From the NCBI GenBank assembly GCA_946997535.1, contig CAMPVQ010000001.1, positions 53,131 through 117,130 of the forward strand: a stretch of DNA of 64,000 bases, given 5' to 3'. The notes under the pieces are model-generated. The model saw only the letters and a list, made by a program, of their open reading frames with translations, made no database searches and was not told the origin of the DNA. Of this stretch, positions 52,375 to 61,103 are shown piece after piece; the first letter of the stretch is position 1; each line of letters begins with the position of its first letter. Made by a program: the position numbers and the translations under genes. Source of the stretch: an uncultured Candidatus Saccharibacteria bacterium (lineage in GTDB: Bacteria > Patescibacteriota > Saccharimonadia > Saccharimonadales > Saccharimonadaceae).

Positions 52375-54246
52375 CTATTTCTTATCGACGACTTCGCCTT
52401 CTACTGGGCCATCGTCTTTCTTATCATTCTTGCTTGCCTCTTGTGCAGCTTGCTGATACAGCTTAGCGCCAACCTTCTGAATCGCTTCCGACAAAGTCTT
52501 CTGAGCTGACTCTAGTTCACTCTTATCTTCTGACTTGAGATGCCCCTCAGCTTCCTTAACAGCAGCTTCGACTACCTTCTTGTCGTCTTCAGAAATTTTG
52601 TCCTTAAATTCATCTGGCATCTTCTTTGCCTGATAAATCGTATTCTCTAGCTGGTTACGGGCATCAATTGCTTCACGCTTTTCCTTATCTTCCGAGGCAT
52701 GCGCTTCAGCTTCAGCCTGTGCTTTAGCAATATCTTCCTTCGATAGATTACCACTGTTTTGAATCGTAATCGATTGTTCCTTACCGGTACCCTTATCCTT
52801 AGCAGTGACATTTAAAATGCCGTTAGCATCGATATTAAAGGTAACTTCAATCTGCGGAATGCCACGTGGCGCTGGCGCAATACCATCCAGAATAAAGCGA
52901 CCAAGCGACTTATTATCCGCAGCAAACTCACGTTCACCTTGCAAAACATTGATTTCTACCTGAGGTTGGTTATCTGATGCGGTTGAAAAGACCTGCGACT
53001 TGCTAGTCGGAATAGTTGAGTTACGGTCAATTAACTTAGTTGACACGCCGCCCATCGTTTCGATACCAAGGCTCAATGGAGTAACATCAAGCAGTAAGAC
53101 ATCCTTCACATCGCCAGCAAGCACGCCACCCTGAATTGCAGCACCGTCAGCAACAACTTCGTCCGGGTTTACACCAGCCATTGGTTCCTTGCCAAAGATT
53201 TCCTTTGCCTTCTCAATCACTGCTGGCATACGAGTCATACCACCAACCAAGACAACGTGACCAAGTTCACTTGGTTTAACGCCAGCGTCATCCATTGCCT
53301 TACGGCACGGAACTGCCAAGCGATCAAGCAAATCAGCGCACAATTCCTCAAGTTTAGCACGCGTCAATGCAGTCTCAAAGTGCTTTGGGCCTGAGGCGTC
53401 AGCCGTAATAAATGGTAGACTTACATCATATTCCGTAGTAGTACTAAGTTCCTTCTTTGCCTTTTCGGCCTCGTCCTTCAAGCGTTGCATAGCAGCCTTG
53501 TCGGATGACAAGTCAATGCCAGTCTCATTCTTAAATTCATCAATAAAGTGACGAACAATCCGGTTATCGAAGTCCTCACCACCAAGGTGGGTATCGCCAT
53601 TCGTAGACTTAACTTCAAACACGCCGTCACCAAGTTCCAAGATAGATACATCGAACGTGCCACCACCAAGGTCAAACACTACAATTTTTTCATCAGCATT
53701 CTTCTCTAGCCCATAGGCCAAAGCAGCAGCAGTCGGTTCGTTAACAATACGCTTCACCTCAAGGCCAGCAATTTTACCAGCATCCTTAGTTGCTTGGCGC
53801 TGCGAATCATCAAAGTAAGCTGGCACCGTAATAACGGCTTCTGTCACTGGATGACCCAAGTAACTTTCCGCATCAGCCTTGATTTTAGCTAGCACCATTG
53901 CGCTAATTTCCTCTGGGCTATACACCTTGCCATTAATTTCAACCGCAGCATTGCCCTTGTTATTGACAATCTTATATGGCATTACGCCCAAGTCCTTCTG
54001 GACTTCCTTGTCAGTGAAGCGGCGACCCATTAAACGCTTAATAGCGTAAATAGTATTCTCAGCATTTACTACACGCTGACGCTGCGCCACCTGACCAACT
54101 AGGCGTTCACCCTTCTTGTTAATCGCTACCACCGATGGGGTAGTGCGATTACCTTCTTTATTAGCAATAATTTCTGGTTTACCAGCTAGCAAATACGCTA
54201 CTGCGCTGTTAGTTGTACCAAGATCAATTCCAATTATCGTACCCAT
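52375..54246 (-). CDS. dnaK: Chaperone DnaK (Hsp70)
   Basis: [18 protein letters not shown] and a full Hsp70 architecture; 623 aa. Confidence 0.97.
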   Translation of the reverse strand: MGTIIGIDLGTTNSAVAYLLAGKPEIIANKEGNRTTPSVVAINKKGERLVGQVAQRQRVVNAENTIYAIKRLMGRRFTDKEVQKDLGVMPYKIVNNKGNAAVEINGKVYSPEEISAMVLAKIKADAESYLGHPVTEAVITVPAYFDDSQRQATKDAGKIAGLEVKRIVNEPTAAALAYGLEKNADEKIVVFDLGGGTFDVSILELGDGVFEVKSTNGDTHLGGEDFDNRIVRHFIDEFKNETGIDLSSDKAAMQRLKDEAEKAKKELSTTTEYDVSLPFITADASGPKHFETALTRAKLEELCADLLDRLAVPCRKAMDDAGVKPSELGHVVLVGGMTRMPAVIEKAKEIFGKEPMAGVNPDEVVADGAAIQGGVLAGDVKDVLLLDVTPLSLGIETMGGVSTKLIDRNSTIPTSKSQVFSTASDNQPQVEINVLQGEREFAADNKSLGRFILDGIAPAPRGIPQIEVTFNIDANGILNVTAKDKGTGKEQSITIQNSGNLSKEDIAKAQAEAEAHASEDKEKREAIDARNQLENTIYQAKKMPDEFKDKISEDDKKVVEAAVKEAEGHLKSEDKSELESAQKTLSEAIQKVGAKLYQQAAQEASKNDKKDDGPVEGEVVDKK

Positions 54247-54306
54247 ATGCTCCTTTCCTTAGAACAATACCCTGGCAGTCAGCTTATCCAACTGCCAACT
54301 ATCTCT

Positions 54307-54344
54307 AGTGTAGTACGTTGGCACTCGTATGTCAAGAGTGCCAA
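54307..54344. promoter_or_regulatory. CIRCE operator (HrcA site) upstream of dnaK, overlapping a promoter
   Basis: Perfect inverted repeat TTGGCACTC-N9-GAGTGCCAA at 54318-54344. The spacer contains TGTCAA, which reads TTGACA on the coding strand and is followed 17 nt later by TACACT. Confidence 0.75.
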
Positions 54345-54364
54345 TTGTAGTAATATAGTCAACA

Positions 54365-54862
54365 CTATTTACGCGTCACGCTCACCATAGCCGGACGTAA
54401 AACTTGCCCATGATAGAGGTAGCCCGTACGAAGTACCGCCTTCACTACCTCAGTATCGCCTTCTGACTCATCGAACTGAATTGCGTTATGCTGGTTGTGG
54501 TCAAATAAATCACCTGATTTCACTGTTATCGGTTCTACCCCAAGTTCACCCAAAGACTTTAACAGTTTAGCGCGCATCGCAGCCACACCCTTTACCCACT
54601 CATTTTCCGCTAAATCAGCCGGCACCTGTGCTGTCGCACTATCAATAATATCAATCGTCGGCAATAGTTTACCTAGTATATGCTCTGCTGACCGCAATTG
54701 CGCCGCCGCAATATCCTGCTCGGTATGCTTACGATAATTCTCAAAATCAGCCCGCGTCCGTTGCAAATCATTGGTCAACTCGGCTATTTTTGCCGATTGC
54801 TCCGACTGCTTGGTATCATTATGCTTATCATCTTGCTTCATTATTGTCCTCCCGTAAAACAT
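54365..54862 (-). CDS. grpE: Nucleotide exchange factor GrpE
   Basis: GrpE coiled-coil and C-terminal beta domain. The start may be M8. Confidence 0.88.
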   Translation of the reverse strand: MFYGRTIMKQDDKHNDTKQSEQSAKIAELTNDLQRTRADFENYRKHTEQDIAAAQLRSAEHILGKLLPTIDIIDSATAQVPADLAENEWVKGVAAMRAKLLKSLGELGVEPITVKSGDLFDHNQHNAIQFDESEGDTEVVKAVLRTGYLYHGQVLRPAMVSVTRK

Positions 54863-55571
54863 GTTCCAACATTCGCCCTGCCTCTAAAACTAACATCATC
54901 ACCCGCGCATAACTTTGGCGCGTAGGTCCTAGCACGCCAATGTAGCTATGGTCTGAATACGGCGAATTAAATCGACTAATTATTAATGACGAGCCGCTGT
55001 CGCGACCAATTGGATTCTCTGACCCAATAAATACATTTAGTACGTCATTTGGGGCAGTCTCCCTGAGCCATGGTTCTAAATTATCTAGTAGCGACGCCAC
55101 CGAACGTACATGGTCGCCGTTTTCAAACTCTGGCTGTGAGAATAAATTACTGATACCAGACATGTACAATTGCTCACCGATAGTAGCTAGACCCAAATTG
55201 TGCGTCGCTTCCACAAGAGAATCTACTGCCGCCCGAATTGCCAAATCGGCTCTATCGGGGGATGCCATAACTCGCGCTCGAATTGCCTTAGCCTGACGCT
55301 GCTCTTTTGTATTGTTGCTACGCGCCATCGCACCAGTCTCAACAATACTATTAACATACAAGCGATACCCCTTATCGGTTGGTATACGCCCAGAAGAAGT
55401 ATGGGTATGCTTGAGATACCCCATCTTTTCTAGCTGCGCCATCTCGCTACGCATGGTAGCTGGCGACACGTCAAACAACTTAGCTAGGAGCACACTGCCC
55501 ACTGGAACAGCTAGCTCAGCGTACTGCTCCACCATAGCTTTCAAAATCCGCGCTTGGCGCTCAGTCATCAT
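54828..55571 (-). CDS. hrcA: Heat-inducible transcription repressor HrcA
   Basis: N-terminal wHTH ERQARILKAMVEQYAELAVPVGSVLLA; precedes grpE-dnaK-dnaJ. Confidence 0.88.
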   Translation of the reverse strand: MMTERQARILKAMVEQYAELAVPVGSVLLAKLFDVSPATMRSEMAQLEKMGYLKHTHTSSGRIPTDKGYRLYVNSIVETGAMARSNNTKEQRQAKAIRARVMASPDRADLAIRAAVDSLVEATHNLGLATIGEQLYMSGISNLFSQPEFENGDHVRSVASLLDNLEPWLRETAPNDVLNVFIGSENPIGRDSGSSLIISRFNSPYSDHSYIGVLGPTRQSYARVMMLVLEAGRMLEHVLREDNNEAR

Positions 55572-55577
55572 ACCTAT

Positions 55578-55615
55578 ATGATAATGCTTTGGCGCTCTAA
55601 TGTCAAGAGTGCCAA
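55578..55615. promoter_or_regulatory. CIRCE operator upstream of hrcA, overlapping promoter TTGACA-17-TATCAT
   Basis: TTGGCGCTC-N9-GAGTGCCAA at 55589-55615. The -35 is inside the CIRCE spacer. The -10 ends 6 nt before the hrcA ATG, so the transcript may be leaderless. Confidence 0.7.
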
Positions 55616-55616
55616 A

Positions 55617-55991
55617 TTAGTTGTGTGTTGGCTGCGAACTGCCATCATTGTCACTATCAGTAATACCCAGGTTCTCGTCGTCTAACTGTTCAGCATTAAA
55701 GTTACCTAGATTCTTTAACTCACGCTGATATTTATCAATTCGCGCATCAAAATCTTTCAGCGCTGCCGCATCAAGCGCACCAGTTGAACCAAACGGATGG
55801 TCGTCCGCCTCCTTTTTTACTTGCGAACGCACCTTCTCATAGCCTGGGCGACTAAGGTCAAGCTGAATTGCGCCACTAACCTGATATATCCGAAGACTAA
55901 TTGAGGTCATTATTATCGTAATAACAATGCATAGTAAGATAAAGCAGCTTAGACGATGCCGCGCCACCAAAGCTTGCGCCTTATTTAACAT
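55617..55991 (-). CDS. Hypothetical N-terminally anchored small protein (124 aa)
   Basis: One TM helix followed by an acidic C-terminus. No family recognised. Confidence 0.45.
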   Translation of the reverse strand: MLNKAQALVARHRLSCFILLCIVITIIMTSISLRIYQVSGAIQLDLSRPGYEKVRSQVKKEADDHPFGSTGALDAAALKDFDARIDKYQRELKNLGNFNAEQLDDENLGITDSDNDGSSQPTHN

Positions 55992-56487
55992 CTAGCCTCT
56001 TTCGCACTGCATTAAACTCATCAACATAATCATGAAACAACTTATCTAGCGTATCTACGCTTTGCTTTAACTTACTACGCTTATCACGCAGTTTAGTCAA
56101 GCTACTATAAAAGTCATCCGGATTAGACCGACAATCCATGCCAACTAGATTAGTTAAATCGCCATCGTAATCACTATATAGCGACCGAAAATCTTTCAGC
56201 TCGTTACTGTAATCATCCGTAATGCTTGCTAGTTTGGTTGACGATAAACGGTTCACCGAAACACGGGCATTCATTGCAAAAAACAAGTCATTCAGTTCGT
56301 TGTAGACACGCCCGCGGTTAATCCTCAACGCCGCATCGGTTTTTTCAATCTGCGACAACATCGACTGCGCTGAGGTGCAGCTCACTTTTACCACATCTTG
56401 GCTTGGCGCTGCCACAACTGGCAATGTTATCAAGGTTACAGCCAAGGCCGCAACAAACATACTTAATAAAATTGCCGTTCGCTTCAT
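55981..56487 (-). CDS. Hypothetical secreted protein with a signal peptide
   Basis: Signal peptide MKRTAILLSMFVAALAVTLITLPVVAAP. The start at 56487 is preferred over the track start. Confidence 0.45.
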   Translation of the reverse strand: MKRTAILLSMFVAALAVTLITLPVVAAPSQDVVKVSCTSAQSMLSQIEKTDAALRINRGRVYNELNDLFFAMNARVSVNRLSSTKLASITDDYSNELKDFRSLYSDYDGDLTNLVGMDCRSNPDDFYSSLTKLRDKRSKLKQSVDTLDKLFHDYVDEFNAVRKRLDVK

Positions 56488-56537
56488 ATTTTCTATTATA
56501 TAATACATATAGAAAATTGTCAGTTTATATAAAAATC

Positions 56538-57239
56538 ATGGAACAACATTCAACCCAATATCACCAACGCCGGCGCATTTGGTATGTCGCCATTGCCATA
56601 CTTATTGTGTACATAATTTTTGCGCTCATTTATAGCTACTGGCCCGATTTCAATAAATATGATCATGCTAAAAATTTTGACTTATCAGCACAAAATTTAC
56701 TTGAGCATTTGCCCGTAAAACCTCTTGATAGTAGCAAAAAATATGATCGTAAAAAATTTGGCCATGGTTGGCAGCCGTGGGGAAAGTGCAATACAAGACA
56801 GCGAATTTTACAGCGCGACCTCACAGACAAGACGCTTGATGGCTGTCATGTCATAGCTGGAAAATTATACGACCTCTATACCGGAAATTTTATGCTCATA
56901 AAAAATAAGGCTGAAATGCACAAAAATGTACAAATTGATCATGTTGTCGCCCTTGCTAATGCTTGGCAAACTGGCGCTGCAGAACTATCGCCCGCACGCC
57001 GACAAGAACTTGCCAATGATGACTTGGAGTTATTGGCCGTCAGTAGCAAAAGCAACTTACAGAAGTCTAGTAGCGATGCTAACCAATGGCTACCCACCAA
57101 CATCAAATTCCGCTGCGCCTATGTAGCACGCCAAATTGCCGTAAAAATCCGCTACCACCTATGGGTAACCGCCGCCGAAAAAGCCACTATGAAAAAAATA
57201 ATCGGACACTGCCCTATGTTAGCAGTGCCCGAACACTAA
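56538..57239 (+). CDS. Membrane-anchored DUF1524 (HNH/His-Me finger) nuclease-domain protein
   Basis: IDHVVALANAWQTGAAELSPARRQELANDDLELLAVSSKSNLQKSSSDANQWLP matches the DUF1524 pattern. N-terminal TM helix. The true start is at 56538. Confidence 0.7.
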   Translation: MEQHSTQYHQRRRIWYVAIAILIVYIIFALIYSYWPDFNKYDHAKNFDLSAQNLLEHLPVKPLDSSKKYDRKKFGHGWQPWGKCNTRQRILQRDLTDKTLDGCHVIAGKLYDLYTGNFMLIKNKAEMHKNVQIDHVVALANAWQTGAAELSPARRQELANDDLELLAVSSKSNLQKSSSDANQWLPTNIKFRCAYVARQIAVKIRYHLWVTAAEKATMKKIIGHCPMLAVPEH

Positions 57240-57249
57240 ACTCGGTTAT

Positions 57250-58512
57250 TTATGCCTTACCAAATAACTTAGAAACCTTCTTGACAAAGCCGAGGCTCTT
57301 AAGTGACAGTTTTTTATTGTACGAAATTGCTCCAATTTGGAACAGCTTAGCAGCCAATAGCATCACTACTATAATCGACACTATCATGATAGTAAAGACA
57401 ATGGCCACATCCTGCATCGTTAAATAGCCCATAGCATTACGTACTAATAGCGGAATTGGCGCCGTAAATGGAAAATACATTAAAATCTGCGCAACTAAAT
57501 CAGCCTTAGCTGTAATATATATGTTAAGCGCATAGATTGGTATAAACACCAGCATCATTACAATTCCAGTATATTGGCTGGCTTCCTTCGCGGTCGGTGA
57601 CACCGCTCCCATACCAACCAGTGTTCCACAAATTAGCATTAAACTGAGCACAAAAATACCAAACCCTACGCCAAGCCTTACCGGATCAAGCGGAATCTGT
57701 GAAATAAATGGTATAATTCCACCAGCAAATTCAGGCTTAAAAATACGCAGTCCAGCAAACACTAACACCAATATGCCTACCATCTCAAAAATCTGCACAA
57801 ATATCAATGAAATGTAGGCCATAATTTTAGCTGAGATGAAAGTCCGGCTATTAATCGTAGTTAGAATAATCTCGGTAACACGATTCTCCTTTTCTTCGGT
57901 GGTCGAATTAACCATCATGCTACCGTAAACCGACAAAATCAGATAGAACACAATAATCAACGCCCCTGGAGCAATCATCTCAGCAATCGGGTTGATTGGC
58001 TTGCCATCACGATAATTCTGCGTATTGTATCTCACGGTTGACTTTGTCATACTTGTCAAATCATCTGACATACGACGCTTCGCACTCTTTGAAAGAATAC
58101 CCTTCGAAATATCTTCATAGCGGCCGCCTTCCATCATTCCAATATAGTTTTGGTCAATTGTAACCGGCATATTACTGAGGTTCTTAGGATAGTGAATTAC
58201 AGCATCAAGCTTCTTGCTCATTAAATCGCGCTCGCTACCAGCCAAATCGCGCGTCAAATGCGCGCCCGTACCGGCAATATCGTCTTTATTGATTAAACCG
58301 CTATCATCAATTATCGCAATCTTGTACGATCCGTTTCTAGCAGCTTCGATATTATCGTGCTGTGTCTTCTGAGAAAACACTGAAATGCCCGCAATTATAA
58401 ATATAATAGCTGGCACAATTAGGATGCTAAGCCAAAACATCTTTTTCTTCATGGTGCGTATCATCTCAAAACGATACACTGTACCAAAATTGTGGCCAAA
58501 TAACCTACTCAT
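57250..58512 (-). CDS. ABC-2 type transporter permease
   Basis: Six TM helices in ABC-2 topology. Its ATG overlaps the ATPase stop as ATGAGTAG. Confidence 0.7.
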   Translation of the reverse strand: MSRLFGHNFGTVYRFEMIRTMKKKMFWLSILIVPAIIFIIAGISVFSQKTQHDNIEAARNGSYKIAIIDDSGLINKDDIAGTGAHLTRDLAGSERDLMSKKLDAVIHYPKNLSNMPVTIDQNYIGMMEGGRYEDISKGILSKSAKRRMSDDLTSMTKSTVRYNTQNYRDGKPINPIAEMIAPGALIIVFYLILSVYGSMMVNSTTEEKENRVTEIILTTINSRTFISAKIMAYISLIFVQIFEMVGILVLVFAGLRIFKPEFAGGIIPFISQIPLDPVRLGVGFGIFVLSLMLICGTLVGMGAVSPTAKEASQYTGIVMMLVFIPIYALNIYITAKADLVAQILMYFPFTAPIPLLVRNAMGYLTMQDVAIVFTIMIVSIIVVMLLAAKLFQIGAISYNKKLSLKSLGFVKKVSKLFGKA

Positions 58513-59260
58513 TGTCTTTGTCTCCTTCGTAAACTTTAATAAATACATCGCGAAGCGACTTTTCGCCATATTTATGCTCAACTTCCTCTGGTGTACCATA
58601 GGCCTCGGCCACGCCGTTCTTTAATAAAAGTACACGGTCGCAAAGATGTTCCACATCTTCCATCTGGTGGCTAATCATTACAATGGTGGCACCGCGTTCC
58701 CTGCTCTCCATAATAAGTTGCATTAGCAGCTTGCAGTTCACTGGGTCAAAACCTTTAGTCGGCTCATCTAGCACTAATAGCTCTGGGTCGTTCATTAAAG
58801 CAACGCCGAGCTGAATTTTTTGTTGCTGGCCACCACTCAATTTATCAAGACGAGTATTGGCATATTCGGTCATCTTGACGCGCTCTAGATATTGCTTGAT
58901 GTACTGATTGGCCTCCTGGCGCGACATACCTTTTAGTTGACCAAGAAATCGCATAGCATCAGCTACCGTCTCTTTACGATACAGCCCCCGCTCTTCCGGC
59001 AAATAGCCCAATTTAACACCACTATCAACCCTATATGGAGCACCATCTACCAACAATTCTCCCGAAGTTGGTTTATAAACGCCAAACAGTGCGCGCAGCG
59101 TTGTGGTCTTACCGCTACCGTTACTACCAAGTAGCCCAAACACTTCACCACGCTTAACCTCAAACGACAAATCTTTAATAACATGTTTGTCGCCAAAATC
59201 CATTTTAAAATGCTTAACAGTGATAACATCACCTTTGTCAGCAGCTCGAGATTCTACCAT
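58505..59260 (-). CDS. ABC transporter ATP-binding protein
   Basis: Walker A GSNGSGKTT, signature LSGGQQQK and Walker B LLVLDEPT. Confidence 0.9.
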   Translation of the reverse strand: MVESRAADKGDVITVKHFKMDFGDKHVIKDLSFEVKRGEVFGLLGSNGSGKTTTLRALFGVYKPTSGELLVDGAPYRVDSGVKLGYLPEERGLYRKETVADAMRFLGQLKGMSRQEANQYIKQYLERVKMTEYANTRLDKLSGGQQQKIQLGVALMNDPELLVLDEPTKGFDPVNCKLLMQLIMESRERGATIVMISHQMEDVEHLCDRVLLLKNGVAEAYGTPEEVEHKYGEKSLRDVFIKVYEGDKDNE

Positions 59261-59309
59261 TTTATCCTTTCTTCATCTAGTTGACTGGCAACTATTACAC
59301 TTAATTATA

Positions 59310-60149
59310 CTACTTTTTTAGACTAAGCAATGCCTTGTCTAAAGCGCTCTTCAACGTCTCATACTTTACGGCACCATCTAGCTTCTTGCCATTAATGTAT
59401 ATTGATGGCGTGCCGTTTACCCCCATGCGACGACCGAGTGCGCAGTCTCGCTCAATCTTTGCTTTTACACCATTTGTCTGCGCATTAACAAACTCAGCAT
59501 TAAATTTGTCAGCATCCAAGCCCGATTGCTTTGCATAATCTGTCAAAGTCTTATTTCGTGTTGCTGAATCAACCGCATAGCTTACCCACATATCATTCTG
59601 AAACAGCAAATCATGCATCTTCCAAAATGCTTGATTGCCACCCAATTTTGCTGCCGTCTCGCCCGCGATTAGCACCGTATCGGAGTTTGGATATGACAAG
59701 CTGAAGTTACGATAAATAAACCGCACACGGTCACCATATTCTTGATGAATCTTATCAACATAGCTATGTACCGCCTGACAATGAACACAAGCAAAGTCCT
59801 CGTATTCAATTACTGTCACCTTGCTGTCCAATTTACCCTTGATGTGATCTGGGATGACCTTATTAACCTCATCTTGCGCCATCTCTTTACCGGTCAAATC
59901 TTTAAAAGCTGCCTTCACTTTATCTACTGTGATGGGATGCTGCGGGTCTAGCTTATCCGCCAATGCCTTCATATCAACACGCCGCGTAGCATTAGAGGTA
60001 TCTTTAACGTCAAACTGACCTTCACCTGGCTTCGGCTGCGAACTCTTATACCAAAACAGGCCAACAAATACTAATACTACTACCACAATCAGCACAAACG
60101 CTAGGCGCATACTACCCAATTCATTATCTCTTCTCACAATATCCTCCAA
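59310..60149 (-). CDS. DsbA-family thiol:disulfide oxidoreductase, membrane-anchored
   Basis: Thioredoxin-fold CxxC active site FACVHCQ with an N-terminal TM anchor. Confidence 0.7.
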   Translation of the reverse strand: MEDIVRRDNELGSMRLAFVLIVVVVLVFVGLFWYKSSQPKPGEGQFDVKDTSNATRRVDMKALADKLDPQHPITVDKVKAAFKDLTGKEMAQDEVNKVIPDHIKGKLDSKVTVIEYEDFACVHCQAVHSYVDKIHQEYGDRVRFIYRNFSLSYPNSDTVLIAGETAAKLGGNQAFWKMHDLLFQNDMWVSYAVDSATRNKTLTDYAKQSGLDADKFNAEFVNAQTNGVKAKIERDCALGRRMGVNGTPSIYINGKKLDGAVKYETLKSALDKALLSLKK

Positions 60150-60191
60150 ATAACATTATTACTAGTATAGCATAAATGCTATAATAATATC

Positions 60192-61076
60192 ATGCCTATT
60201 ATCTTCATAATCTTGATTACCATATTATCGACTGCGTTATCAAGTGTTAACTTTGCCCCTAGTTTAAGTGATTTTGAAATCAAACGGCTCGGCAAAACCA
60301 ATAAGAAGTATCAAGACGTCGCCCGTTTCATTCATGTCTACCCGACGTTCTATCTATTCTTAAAGTTTATTCATATCTGTTTAATTATTATCCTAACCAG
60401 TATTGCCGCCCGTAGCTACGGTATCATCACTGGTTCAATTTTGGCGGGTGCACTAATCACTCTGTCCGAACTACTTGGCAATAAAATTTCACCTGTCACT
60501 ACTGTGCTATTAGCTGACCAATCTAAATTCGTCAATCACTACTTCAGTTGGACTGAATTCTTGCGCCCACTAACCGTCGAACCGCCAAAGCCGCGTGTTG
60601 CCTCAACCGACGAGCTTAGTCATCTCATTGAAGATAGCAAACTAAATATTGATCTCAAGCAAGAACTAACCCAAACACTACTAAATAGCCAACAAACCGC
60701 CCAAGACTGCATGCATCCTTGGGCAGAAGTAGTAAAACTAAAGCAGCGCGACCGCTTGACGCCAAAAGCACTAGACGACCTCTTTAAGAGCAAACAGGGC
60801 GTCTTCCCCGTACTAAAAAACGATGAGGTTGCTGGATTAATCTACCTTAGTGACGTCTCGATTGTAGCGCAAAGCGAAAAGTCCATTTCAGACTATCTGC
60901 GAAACGACGTACTCTATGTTACAGTCGACGAACCGCTTAAATCAGTGGTCAACAAGATGGCTGCCAGTGAACTAACTATTGCCATCGTAAAGCATGATGA
61001 AGCGATTGTTGGCCTAGTAACACTAGACAGTATTGTCAACCCCATCTGCGCCAATCTAAAATGTGGTAAAATATAA
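60192..61076 (+). CDS. DUF21/CNNM-type membrane protein with a CBS pair (TlyC/CorC-like, no CorC_HlyC C-terminus)
   Basis: Three or four N-terminal TM helices followed by two CBS-like segments. Confidence 0.55.
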   Translation: MPIIFIILITILSTALSSVNFAPSLSDFEIKRLGKTNKKYQDVARFIHVYPTFYLFLKFIHICLIIILTSIAARSYGIITGSILAGALITLSELLGNKISPVTTVLLADQSKFVNHYFSWTEFLRPLTVEPPKPRVASTDELSHLIEDSKLNIDLKQELTQTLLNSQQTAQDCMHPWAEVVKLKQRDRLTPKALDDLFKSKQGVFPVLKNDEVAGLIYLSDVSIVAQSEKSISDYLRNDVLYVTVDEPLKSVVNKMAASELTIAIVKHDEAIVGLVTLDSIVNPICANLKCGKI

Positions 61077-61103
61077 CCTAGTTACAAGGAAAGGATTATT
61101 TTA

